From IMG/VR virus record IMGVR_UViG_3300003272_000012, positions 16,966 to 80,965 of that record: 64,000 bases of DNA. One strand, written 5' to 3'. The number at the start of each line of letters is the position of its first letter. Within the stretch, counting starts at the first letter, position 1. Shown here one piece after another: positions 1 to 9,085 of the stretch. This stretch comes from a virus. The translations under genes were made by a program, and so were the position numbers. Below the pieces are notes generated by a model that worked only from the letters and a program-made list of their open reading frames with translations, had not been told where the DNA came from and did not search any database.

Positions 1-1074
1 TTAGCGCAATGGCGACTACGACAAGGCACATCATATGCCGACTTTCGTTCAACTGTCGCTGGTGCATTTAACGCAGTCAACCAAGAACTACTTAATACTT
101 GGGGCGACTTAATCTATATCACTGAAGAAGACATGATGGAGTATCCAACTGGCGGGACAACCGGTGAAATGCCTGAACTGACCGAGATGGATGTTGCTGA
201 ACTCGTCAAGGGTGAAACCACCGCACACATGATTGATCTCAAGGCCCATGGGGATGGTATTGGTGGTAGTTGGCGTTATTTCGAAGATATGCGTCAAGCA
301 ACCCTTGAAGCATCAATCCGTCAGATCGTCCAACGAGGTCGCAATCTTTTTGAAAAGAAACTTTTGACCCGTGCGATGACCAACACGATCAATACACTCG
401 GTACCAATGGTAAAGATGTACCATTTGCAAGAGGTACAGGTGGTGGGGTTACATATGCCCCTCCGGCACATGGTGGTGAGACGTTTACAACCAGTCACAG
501 CCACTATATTGGTGTAGATAGTGCATCCAAAGGCTTTGACGATGCACTAGAAGAGACAGCCGAGCATCTCTTAGAACATGGCCATATGGCTCCCTTCACG
601 GTGAAAATTAGTTCGGCTGATGTTACCAACTACCATGCCTTAGCCAATTTTTCTAAACCTGTCTCTAGCAATGTTGTGTATGTCGACCAAGGTGGTGGGA
701 CCGGCCCACGATTTATTGAACGTGGTGAAATCGAACAAGTAGGCACTGGTGGCGCGGGATTCTATATTGGCAGCTATCAATCCAGCCGTGGTCTAATGCG
801 CTTATATGCAACAAGCCGGATCCCAACCGGTTATCTTTTTGGCTATAAGACCTATGGTCAAAACAATGCAATGAACCCAATCGCAGTTCGTATTCGCCCA
901 TTAGTTGGCTTCGGTTTTTTCATCAATGAAATCGCTAGCGACAATGACCGCTTCCCGATAGCACGCATCCAAATTGAATTTGAATTTGGTGTGAGTGTCG
1001 GTATGGATCGTACCAATGGTGCGACGGCTTATCTGGTATCAGGTGGTAGCTGGTCAAATCCATCGATCAGCTAG
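1..1074 (+). CDS. major capsid protein (5' truncated by window edge)
   Basis: Frame is open from base 1 (LAQWRLRQGTSYADF...) through ORF 133..1074. It lies directly upstream of head-tail and tail genes, and its size and composition fit a siphovirus capsid protein. Confidence 0.75.
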   Translation, partial: LAQWRLRQGTSYADFRSTVAGAFNAVNQELLNTWGDLIYITEEDMMEYPTGGTTGEMPELTEMDVAELVKGETTAHMIDLKAHGDGIGGSWRYFEDMRQATLEASIRQIVQRGRNLFEKKLLTRAMTNTINTLGTNGKDVPFARGTGGGVTYAPPAHGGETFTTSHSHYIGVDSASKGFDDALEETAEHLLEHGHMAPFTVKISSADVTNYHALANFSKPVSSNVVYVDQGGGTGPRFIERGEIEQVGTGGAGFYIGSYQSSRGLMRLYATSRIPTGYLFGYKTYGQNNAMNPIAVRIRPLVGFGFFINEIASDNDRFPIARIQIEFEFGVSVGMDRTNGATAYLVSGGSWSNPSIS

Positions 1075-1087
1075 GAAGTAGCAGACA

Positions 1088-2089
1088 ATGAAATTGAACT
1101 GGGTTGGCAATGGATTTAACCAATACACCGGATACGGGCGTATGGGGGCGTACTTTGTGCGTGAACTCTGTGCGCTTGGCGTTGAGGTCATCCCAACCAC
1201 AGTTCAAGCATTTGATGCGCCAGAGTGGCTGCAACCGATGCTATCTAATTTTGATGCTGATGCGCTAACGATTTCGTTGACATTACCGACATTGATGCCA
1301 GATATTGAGCATCAGTGGGGCTTCACGATGTATGAAGACACATCTATCCCTGATGGGTGGGCAGATTGCATCAACGAACGATGTGAGCGATTAATTGTGC
1401 TATGTGAACATAATGCCGAATCGTTCAAAAATGCCGGTGTCTCTGTGCCGATTCATATCGTACATGGTGGTACGGATCCGGATGAATTCCCTGTAATCGA
1501 ATCTGACCCGACATCACCATATACATTTTTGTGTTTGGGTGACAGAGGTGTTCGTAAGGGGATTGAACAGGCGTGGTTGGCGTTTTTCGACGCATTTGAT
1601 GATACCGATGATGTTCGGTTAATTATCAAAATTCGAGAGGGTAGTGAGTCTGTATTGAACTATGCAGAATTCACAGATCCACGCATCACCGTTGTGAGTG
1701 ATGATGTCGAAACGATGGCAGATGTATACCGCATGGCAGATTGCTTTGTCTTCCCATCATTTGGAGAAGGCTGGGGTATGCCGCCACGTGAAGCAGCGAT
1801 GATGGGCTTACCTGTGATCGCGACTGATACAAGCGGGTTGTCCGTGGGCATCGATAATTGGGCGATACCATTACGCGATTTTGTGCTTCGTCCTAGTCTT
1901 TTGAAATCCAAAGATGGGTTATGGGCTGTGCCATCGGTCAAGGGAATCGCAAACAAAATGCGGTGGTGTTACGAGAATCAATATCAAGCATCAATGATCG
2001 GGTATGCATCTAGCGAATGGTTGCGAGCGAATCAGACATGGGCTCATTCAGCACAGGCACTCAAAAACTTAATTGAGGAATATGTCTAA
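1088..2089 (+). CDS. glycosyltransferase family 4 (GT-B)
   Basis: C-terminal FVFPSFGEGWGMPPREAAMMGLPVIAT carries the GT4 E-x7-E motif. N-terminal TGYGRM is typical of the family. Confidence 0.9.
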   Translation: MKLNWVGNGFNQYTGYGRMGAYFVRELCALGVEVIPTTVQAFDAPEWLQPMLSNFDADALTISLTLPTLMPDIEHQWGFTMYEDTSIPDGWADCINERCERLIVLCEHNAESFKNAGVSVPIHIVHGGTDPDEFPVIESDPTSPYTFLCLGDRGVRKGIEQAWLAFFDAFDDTDDVRLIIKIREGSESVLNYAEFTDPRITVVSDDVETMADVYRMADCFVFPSFGEGWGMPPREAAMMGLPVIATDTSGLSVGIDNWAIPLRDFVLRPSLLKSKDGLWAVPSVKGIANKMRWCYENQYQASMIGYASSEWLRANQTWAHSAQALKNLIEEYV

Positions 2090-2469
2090 TGCCAACTCTA
2101 ACCGAAACACAACGTTCTAGCCTTCGCCGTAAGGTTGGTGATCCTGCAGGTGATGTGTGGACAGCTGACGAACTCAACACAATTTTCACTGAAGCTGGTG
2201 GTGACATCAATGAAGCGATTGCTATTTGCTTTGAAGAGCTGATGGTCGATGCAGCGAAGTTTGCCGATTACAAACAGAATGAGTCTGAGGAGAAGCGATC
2301 TCAGATTTTTAATAATCTGGCTAAATTAGCTGACCGTTACCGTGGTTTGTCAAATAGCCAGCAATCACAGGTGCGTATTGTCGGTATGAAACAACGTCCT
2401 CCGAGAAATAAACGGATACCAAGAGACCAACGCAGTCGTAAGCGGAATAGACCGATTGGGTGGGACTAA
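2089..2469 (+). CDS. head-tail connector/adaptor protein
   Basis: 126 aa helical protein (LRRKVGD...WTADEL) in the adaptor position, overlapping the previous stop codon. Confidence 0.6.
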   Translation: MPTLTETQRSSLRRKVGDPAGDVWTADELNTIFTEAGGDINEAIAICFEELMVDAAKFADYKQNESEEKRSQIFNNLAKLADRYRGLSNSQQSQVRIVGMKQRPPRNKRIPRDQRSRKRNRPIGWD

Positions 2470-2840
2470 TGGCGAATTTTCATGCGTGGTTAGGTCAAGG
2501 CAACAACGCGATTAATGCGACTAGCCGTGCAGTCGATGCGTGGAATCGGATTAACCGTAACCCAACGAGTGTGACTCTGGTGCGTGGTGCTGTCGAGTTA
2601 TCTGCGCAGATGATCCGCATTGAATTTGATAATCAAGTCGATAGTGAGATCAACGGTGATGGCGGTGGTATGTCATCACGACGCGATGCTGTGATCTATG
2701 GTGTCAAAGGGCATCCGACTGTGACAGATACAGATATTCAACGTGGAGATCGGTTTGCAATCAACGGGAAACGCTATCGGGTTGTGCAAACGATTGATGT
2801 CCCAGGTGAAGTTCAAGCAACTTGTGAGGTGTTGGCATGA
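2460..2840 (+). CDS. head closure / head-tail joining protein
   Basis: Beta-rich 126 aa with DIQRGDRFAINGKRYRVV, typical of stopper proteins; syntenic position. Confidence 0.6.
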   Translation: MGLMANFHAWLGQGNNAINATSRAVDAWNRINRNPTSVTLVRGAVELSAQMIRIEFDNQVDSEINGDGGGMSSRRDAVIYGVKGHPTVTDTDIQRGDRFAINGKRYRVVQTIDVPGEVQATCEVLA

Positions 2841-3211
2841 CATCTGTTCAATGGAGTGGTGTTGATGATATGGCCAAGCGCATGCAGGAATATGTCAAAA
2901 AAGTTGAGTTTGCTTTGGTGCAAGTTGCCACATATTGGAAAGCAGTCTTCGAGAAATACGCCAAAGAGAATGCACCTTGGACAGATCGATCGACAGCAGC
3001 GCGTACAAATCTGCACGGGTGGGTGAATCAGCTTTCCAATGATACCGTAGAGCTTTATCTTTCACATGGTACTGGTGACCAAGGGACTAAACAAATCCCT
3101 TATTCGGTTGCCTTAGAAACGATGTATGGTGGGAAATACGCCATCATCTGGCCAACCATACAGGCACATCTTAAGCATATAGAAGACATGCTGAAAGGTA
3201 TTTTTGGGTAA
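2837..3211 (+). CDS. HK97 gp10-like tail completion protein
   Basis: AKENAPWTDRSTAARTNL...LETMYGGKYAII motif; position in the neck module. Confidence 0.7.
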   Translation: MTSVQWSGVDDMAKRMQEYVKKVEFALVQVATYWKAVFEKYAKENAPWTDRSTAARTNLHGWVNQLSNDTVELYLSHGTGDQGTKQIPYSVALETMYGGKYAIIWPTIQAHLKHIEDMLKGIFG

Positions 3212-3651
3212 TGGCAACTTTAGCAGACGCGGTTAAAGCATTGTTAAACGCAGACGCAACCTTATCTGATCTGTTAACAGGTGGTGTCTTCAACGCATCT
3301 GATTTTACGTTTGATGGTGGTGGGGCAGATGAGATTCCACGCCAAGCAAATGGTGTGCTAGTTGATCCGTTTGCAATTATTCGGTTCAAGTCAATTGACC
3401 CCAAAGGACCCTATCTTATCGGTGGCGAGTTGCAAAGTATTGAAATTTATATTTATGACAACGTGGGATATACCACGATTGAGGCGAGCATATCTCGCAT
3501 AAAAACATTATTGCACAACACATATATCGATGCTGATGACCGAAGTTTGGTTTTTTTGATTCTGGGTCATATCAGTGGAGAGGGGAATGCTGAAGAGTTT
3601 GGCAATATCCCATTTAAGTTCATCCGATTTATGAATACACAAGTGAGATAG
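3211..3651 (+). CDS. tail terminator protein
   Basis: 146 aa directly before the tail tube gene, translationally coupled. Confidence 0.55.
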   Translation: MATLADAVKALLNADATLSDLLTGGVFNASDFTFDGGGADEIPRQANGVLVDPFAIIRFKSIDPKGPYLIGGELQSIEIYIYDNVGYTTIEASISRIKTLLHNTYIDADDRSLVFLILGHISGEGNAEEFGNIPFKFIRFMNTQVR

Positions 3652-3660
3652 GAGACTATC

Positions 3661-4245
3661 ATGCCAGAATATGGTGATGTCATTCAAAATATTACGTCTA
3701 TGTATGTCGCCACTTTAGGGAGCGATAATACATACGGTACGCCCTCATATATTGATTATGGGCAACAACTCAGCTGGGAATACGAATCTGATACCGATGA
3801 GATCAAAGCCTATGGTCTAATTGTCGAATCAATCAGTATCCCAATTAAAGCTACTGGTACGTTTATGCAAGCCAGCATGGATCTAACAAGCTATGCCATT
3901 TTAACTTCCAATACCGCCTCTGAAAGTGCTACGACACCCGATCGTGTTAAAACAGTCGATCAAGCTGTCGGTGGGGCAGGTTTACCATACTTTGGCATTA
4001 TTGCGGCATTTGCATCCACAAATGGTTCGAATGTAATCGCTGGCTTTCCGAAAGCCAAGTTATCTACGATTCCTGGTTTTAGTGTCGAGCAAAATACATT
4101 CCGTACAAGCGAAGTGGGTATTGAGATGTTTGCACCATCTGTCACTGTCCGTAAAGTATCTCGGTACAAAAAATATGAGACCGCTGCCAATATTCCGGCA
4201 ACGCCTAGTGACTTCGACACATTCTTTAGTGGGATGTTCTCATAA
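3661..4245 (+). CDS. major tail (tube) protein
   Basis: 194 aa, good RBS (AGGAG), between terminator and chaperone genes. Confidence 0.7.
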   Translation: MPEYGDVIQNITSMYVATLGSDNTYGTPSYIDYGQQLSWEYESDTDEIKAYGLIVESISIPIKATGTFMQASMDLTSYAILTSNTASESATTPDRVKTVDQAVGGAGLPYFGIIAAFASTNGSNVIAGFPKAKLSTIPGFSVEQNTFRTSEVGIEMFAPSVTVRKVSRYKKYETAANIPATPSDFDTFFSGMFS

Positions 4246-4733
4246 TGGCTAAACAAAAAAAGCTTGAAATTACGCCTATCTCTGCATGGCTTGAAGACTA
4301 CGAACTGGTCGAAATGCCTTCTGGGAAAGTTGTTGGGCTTCGTCAGGTTGATGTTCTCAGTATCATCACGGCTGACGGGCAAATTCCGAATGTTTTGTTG
4401 CCGATTATTCAAGGCAATATGACACCGCAAGAAGCTGGACAGATAGAAATGTCATTTGAGGATTTAAAACCACTCAATCAACTGCTAGGTCGCCTAACCC
4501 GTGCTTGTTTTGTAGAACCAGCGATTGTTGAAGATATGGAAGATGTCAAACGGGGTGACGGTATCTTGGTGGATATGGTGCCGTACAACGACAAAATCTC
4601 GCTGATTGCATGGAATCTGGGAGGGCAAGCGCGGGTCGATGCGGCACAGACGTTTCTTGAGCAACAAGAAGCAGGTGTGGTCGGTGTACAACCAAGCAAT
4701 AACGTTTCACCAGAGTCCGAGCCAGATTCTTAA
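4245..4733 (+). CDS. tail assembly chaperone (G-like)
   Basis: Lies between tube and tape-measure genes; VELPSG-like start (VEMPSGKVVGLRQVD). Confidence 0.75.
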   Translation: MAKQKKLEITPISAWLEDYELVEMPSGKVVGLRQVDVLSIITADGQIPNVLLPIIQGNMTPQEAGQIEMSFEDLKPLNQLLGRLTRACFVEPAIVEDMEDVKRGDGILVDMVPYNDKISLIAWNLGGQARVDAAQTFLEQQEAGVVGVQPSNNVSPESEPDS

Positions 4734-4929
4734 TATCCACAATCCTTGGATGGCATACCAAATTGATGAATCTGTGCTGTATTTTGGTCGCTGGGTTGAA
4801 AGTAAACTGAACGAGCGTGATAAAAAGGGTAAACCAAAGCACACGATTGATAGCATATTTAACAACTCAACCAAAGCTTCGGCAACAGCATTGTTTGAAG
4901 CATCTGACGCAGATGTCATTGACATCTAA
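4653..4929 (+). CDS. tail assembly chaperone extension (GT-like), reached by frameshift at TTT-C
   Basis: The +1 frame gives FLSNKKQVWSVY...PSQILNIHNPWMAYQIDESVLYFG, lacks a convincing start of its own, and ends just before the tape measure. Confidence 0.65.
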
Positions 4930-4959
4930 TTTTTTGCGATAAATATGAACAAATGATCT

Positions 4960-7900
4960 ATGGTACTTAACTCACAACAGCAGGGGTTCAACCTCGGCAA
5001 CGCACATGGCAAGGTCATTCTTACAACGAATGCAGCCGAAGCCATGCAACAAGCACAACGTGAAGTCCAAAACGGCGTTCGTGGAATTGGTGCGTCCCTG
5101 CAAAATATTGGTGGTGGGTTATCTAATATGGGTGGAGCCATGACTGCATGGACCGCTCCCATTGCAGCTGTTGGGGCTGTTGGCATTAAGACGGCAGCAA
5201 GCTATGAATCTGCAATGACCAATATTGCTGCAAGAACAGGTCTTGCAGGTGAAGAACTAGAAAAAATCCGACAAAAAACACTTGAATTAGGATCTGAAAC
5301 CAAATTTAGTTCTCAGCAAGCTGCTGATGCTTTTCTTCAACTTGTTACCGCTGGTTTAACAACAGAACAAGCATATGACGCTGTTGACAGTGTATTGTTG
5401 GCAGCAACAGCATCTGGTGAAGATTTAGGAAGAATGGCAGACCAAGTCACAAATGTGATGTCTGCTTTTCAATTGGAGGCTTCTGATACAGCATCGATAG
5501 TCGAATTTATGAATAGTGCAGCAGCGGCTTCACCGTCTACTATGGGACAAATGGGGGAGGCATTAGCAGATGTGGGTGGTTTGGCGAAGAGCTATGGTAT
5601 GGATCTCGAAACCACATCATCTGTACTCGCTATTTTCGCTAAAGCAAACATACGTGGGACAGAAGCATCAACAAAACTGCGCTCAATGCTCGACGCAATG
5701 AACGCTGGCACTGAACGAAGCGAAGGTGCTTGGAATGCATTAGGAACATCACTTTTTGATGCGAACGGTAATGCCCGTGACTTTGCTGATGTAATTGAAG
5801 ATGTTAAAAAAGGGTTGCAAGGTAAAACTGAAGCTGAAAAAACACGGATTATAAAGGACTTAGCAGGTTCATATGGTTTAAGCGCATTTAATGCTTTGTT
5901 GGCAAGTGATGGTATTGACGAAATGCGTCAAACATTGTCGGAACAAGCTACTGCAGCCGAGGTCGCTGCAAAGCAAGAAGAAGCTTTTGAATATCAACTC
6001 ATTAGCTTGATGGGATCAATTGAAAGACTTAACATCAACTTCTTCACACCGTTTATGAATGATGTACTTAAGCCATTTGTAAAACAAGTCATAGATATTG
6101 TAAATCATATGGCTAATTGGGCAGAAGCCAATCCGCAAGTAACAAAAACAATCGCAGGATTAATGAGTATAGTGCTCGGGCTAGGACCAGCTTTATTTAT
6201 CGCAGGTAAAGCCGTTACACTGATCGGCATCTTAGTAGGTGCTCTAGCATCACCGATCGCTCTGGTTGCTGGTGCTATAAGCGCATTAGTTGCTGCATTT
6301 ATGGCAGACTTTGCTGGTATTCGTACCTTTTTGATACCAATACTCGAACAGATCTGGCAGGGCATTAACCGGATTGGTTTTGCAATTAGAGCTTTTGTTT
6401 CTGACTTTCAAAATTACGGCATAGCAGAAGCTATTCGGGGGATATTTGGGACTGGAACGGATGAACGAGCTGAGAGCACGCTTGAGGGTGTGCTCGTGGC
6501 ATTCGGGATGTCACGTAAACATGCTATCCAAGCTGTTGATTTCTTAGTATCAATCATCGCGAATATCGAGAAACAACTAAGAAAACTATACACAATATTT
6601 CGGCTTTTCAAAGTTAGCTTACGTAGTCTTGGTCTTGTTAGGACGATTAACCTTGTTTTTGGCGATAAAGTTGCTGGGGTTATTGAGAAATTCGTCAAAG
6701 TGATAGATCGTGCAAAAGAAGGGATTCGAAGTATTTACAATGCAATTGGTTTCTTCGTTGCGGATATGCAAAATTTTGGTTTAGCAGAAGCAATTGCAGG
6801 TATATTCGGCACGGGATCATATGGGGAAACCGAGCAAGGCTCATTAGAAGGTGTTTTGGTTGCATTTGGGTTGTCACGCGATAACGCTATCTCAGTTGTA
6901 GATTTTCTAGTCGGTATATTTACCAGCGTTCGCGACACAATTAGCAGTGTTGTTGAAACTTTGCGTCCACTGTTCGTTCAAGTGGGTGAGTTCTTAGGCA
7001 ATATCTTTGCGAGTGTAGATCCTGAAAAACTCTTTCAAATCGGTCGTATCTTATTATCACTAACCAGCCCAATTGGCATTGTATTAACAGCACTGCAAGC
7101 TCTTGGTGTCGATTTAGGGCAAGTCTTCCAAGAGGGTGTTGCTGGTGTAACTCGCTTTTTTGAAGCGCTCAACAATGGCGGTACTGTCTTTGATGGTCTC
7201 CGAGCTGCATTTGGAGAATCAGGCTTTATTGATGCACTGGAAACTGGTTTAAATAATGCAATTACATTCATTCATACAGTCGTTCTACCCGGTCTACAAA
7301 CCTTAGCCAATTGGTTTATGGTCGATGTTTTGCCCGGTGTCATTAGTTTTATTCAAACAACAATCATCCCCGGTGTACAAAGCTTCATTGATATTCTGAA
7401 AAAAGTATGGACTGATGTCTCTCCATTCTTAGGCTTTTTATTCAATTGGTTTATAACAACTGGATTGCCTCTAATTATTGATTTTATCAATGTAGGAGTA
7501 ATCCCAGCAGTACAAACATTTGTTGACATATTGACTGGTATTTGGATAGCAGTATCACCAGCTTTGACAGCCTTATATGATTGGTTCATCACTTCTGGAT
7601 TACCAGCAATCAGGGATTTTATCGCAGGTCCTTTTACTCTCGCTTTAATCAGTATCCGAGATTTCCTTGCTGGGTTTTGGGCATCTGTAAAAGTTGGGGT
7701 TGAGCTGTTCCGCGACAAGTTAAAAGAAATTATGCAGTGGATTACAGACAATGTACTTCAACCATTTCTAGATTTCTTAACAAGTTTAATTGACACAATC
7801 AATAGCATCCCAGAGACAATTAACAACGCGATTGGCGGGTATCAGCAAGCTGGGCAGGGCATCCAAGCGATAGCACAAGCTACTCCTGAACAACGTGCAA

Positions 7901-8196
7901 ACCTCGATATTTGGGGCGCAATCCGAACTGCCTTCCCGAGCCGCGACAACGGCGGTCATGGTCTTGCTGGACAACCATATTACATTGGCAAGGGTGCACA
8001 ACCAGAAGTTTTCATACCTGAAAACAACGGAACATTCATCCCTAACATCGACAAACTGCTTGCAGGTGCGGGAGGTGGTATGACCATCAACGGAGATATT
8101 GTCGTGCAAGGTGCAAGTTCATATTCAGAAGGAAGACAGGCAGGGCAGGGTGCTCTCGATGCAATTATGGAACGGTATAGAGAGCGGGGGAACTAA
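4960..8196 (+). CDS. tape measure protein
   Basis: 1078 aa, Ala/Leu-rich; TP901-type core (LGSETKFSSQQAADA); periodic W/F repeats; follows the chaperone. Confidence 0.92.
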   Translation: MVLNSQQQGFNLGNAHGKVILTTNAAEAMQQAQREVQNGVRGIGASLQNIGGGLSNMGGAMTAWTAPIAAVGAVGIKTAASYESAMTNIAARTGLAGEELEKIRQKTLELGSETKFSSQQAADAFLQLVTAGLTTEQAYDAVDSVLLAATASGEDLGRMADQVTNVMSAFQLEASDTASIVEFMNSAAAASPSTMGQMGEALADVGGLAKSYGMDLETTSSVLAIFAKANIRGTEASTKLRSMLDAMNAGTERSEGAWNALGTSLFDANGNARDFADVIEDVKKGLQGKTEAEKTRIIKDLAGSYGLSAFNALLASDGIDEMRQTLSEQATAAEVAAKQEEAFEYQLISLMGSIERLNINFFTPFMNDVLKPFVKQVIDIVNHMANWAEANPQVTKTIAGLMSIVLGLGPALFIAGKAVTLIGILVGALASPIALVAGAISALVAAFMADFAGIRTFLIPILEQIWQGINRIGFAIRAFVSDFQNYGIAEAIRGIFGTGTDERAESTLEGVLVAFGMSRKHAIQAVDFLVSIIANIEKQLRKLYTIFRLFKVSLRSLGLVRTINLVFGDKVAGVIEKFVKVIDRAKEGIRSIYNAIGFFVADMQNFGLAEAIAGIFGTGSYGETEQGSLEGVLVAFGLSRDNAISVVDFLVGIFTSVRDTISSVVETLRPLFVQVGEFLGNIFASVDPEKLFQIGRILLSLTSPIGIVLTALQALGVDLGQVFQEGVAGVTRFFEALNNGGTVFDGLRAAFGESGFIDALETGLNNAITFIHTVVLPGLQTLANWFMVDVLPGVISFIQTTIIPGVQSFIDILKKVWTDVSPFLGFLFNWFITTGLPLIIDFINVGVIPAVQTFVDILTGIWIAVSPALTALYDWFITSGLPAIRDFIAGPFTLALISIRDFLAGFWASVKVGVELFRDKLKEIMQWITDNVLQPFLDFLTSLIDTINSIPETINNAIGGYQQAGQGIQAIAQATPEQRANLDIWGAIRTAFPSRDNGGHGLAGQPYYIGKGAQPEVFIPENNGTFIPNIDKLLAGAGGGMTINGDIVVQGASSYSEGRQAGQGALDAIMERYRERGN

Positions 8197-9074
8197 TGTA
8201 TCGGGTGACTCGGTTTGTTGTGCCATCGGACAACGGTAATATTTCATACAATTTGCAGTATGTGCAAGATTGGCGAGATAACTTTGGGGATCTTGTACCG
8301 CGGACAACACGTCTGCCGGGTACACATGGTGGATTTGATGAATATGGTGTGGATGAAGCACCTGCTGAAATTGGTAATGTGCAAGGCACGCTAAAGCTAA
8401 AACATTCGCTCTCATCCGACATGCGGCAATGGCTCGACTCTCTACGATCTATGTCACGGCAGAAGAAGGGGCGGTTGTATATGCAACCTGTCGATGACTC
8501 TGCACAGCAACGGTGGTGTGTAGCGCGGTTGAATAACTTAACAACCCCTCACAGCGAGCAATCTCACACAGGTGTGATGATGCAAGCTAACTTTAGCTTT
8601 CAGGTAAATGATCCGCATTGGTATACACAGGGCACATCTGCCCCTGCTTGGGGATTCTTTAGTTGGGGAGATGGTACTGTGTGGGGCGGTAGTGCAGTAG
8701 CGCAATCTGTCTCGGGTGTTTCTACAGATTTGACTGAAAACGTCATGGGGGGCACCGTCGAAACACTACCAACAATCACAATTAGCTGTGATACAGGGCA
8801 AACCGCACAGAATATTATTATTCAGCGTCTGGTTGGTGGCGTGATAAAAGACCAAATTACTTACACGGATACTTTAGGGGCAGGTGACAGCGTAGTGATC
8901 CAGTGTCGAGCAAAGTCTGTGAAGAAAAATGGCGTAGGGTCGTATGCAAATTTAACAGCCACCCGTGCTCAGTGGATGCGCCTTAAACCTGGAGCAAATT
9001 CCATCAGAGTATTGATGGCAAATAGCGGAGATGTCGCCAATATCAAGTTCGCATATCTTCATGCATATGTATAA
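8196..9074 (+). CDS. distal tail protein (Dit-like)
   Basis: Directly after the tape measure; C-terminal WMRLKPGANSIRV matches the common Dit ending. Confidence 0.75.
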   Translation: MYRVTRFVVPSDNGNISYNLQYVQDWRDNFGDLVPRTTRLPGTHGGFDEYGVDEAPAEIGNVQGTLKLKHSLSSDMRQWLDSLRSMSRQKKGRLYMQPVDDSAQQRWCVARLNNLTTPHSEQSHTGVMMQANFSFQVNDPHWYTQGTSAPAWGFFSWGDGTVWGGSAVAQSVSGVSTDLTENVMGGTVETLPTITISCDTGQTAQNIIIQRLVGGVIKDQITYTDTLGAGDSVVIQCRAKSVKKNGVGSYANLTATRAQWMRLKPGANSIRVLMANSGDVANIKFAYLHAYV

Positions 9075-9085
9075 GGGAAGACATT

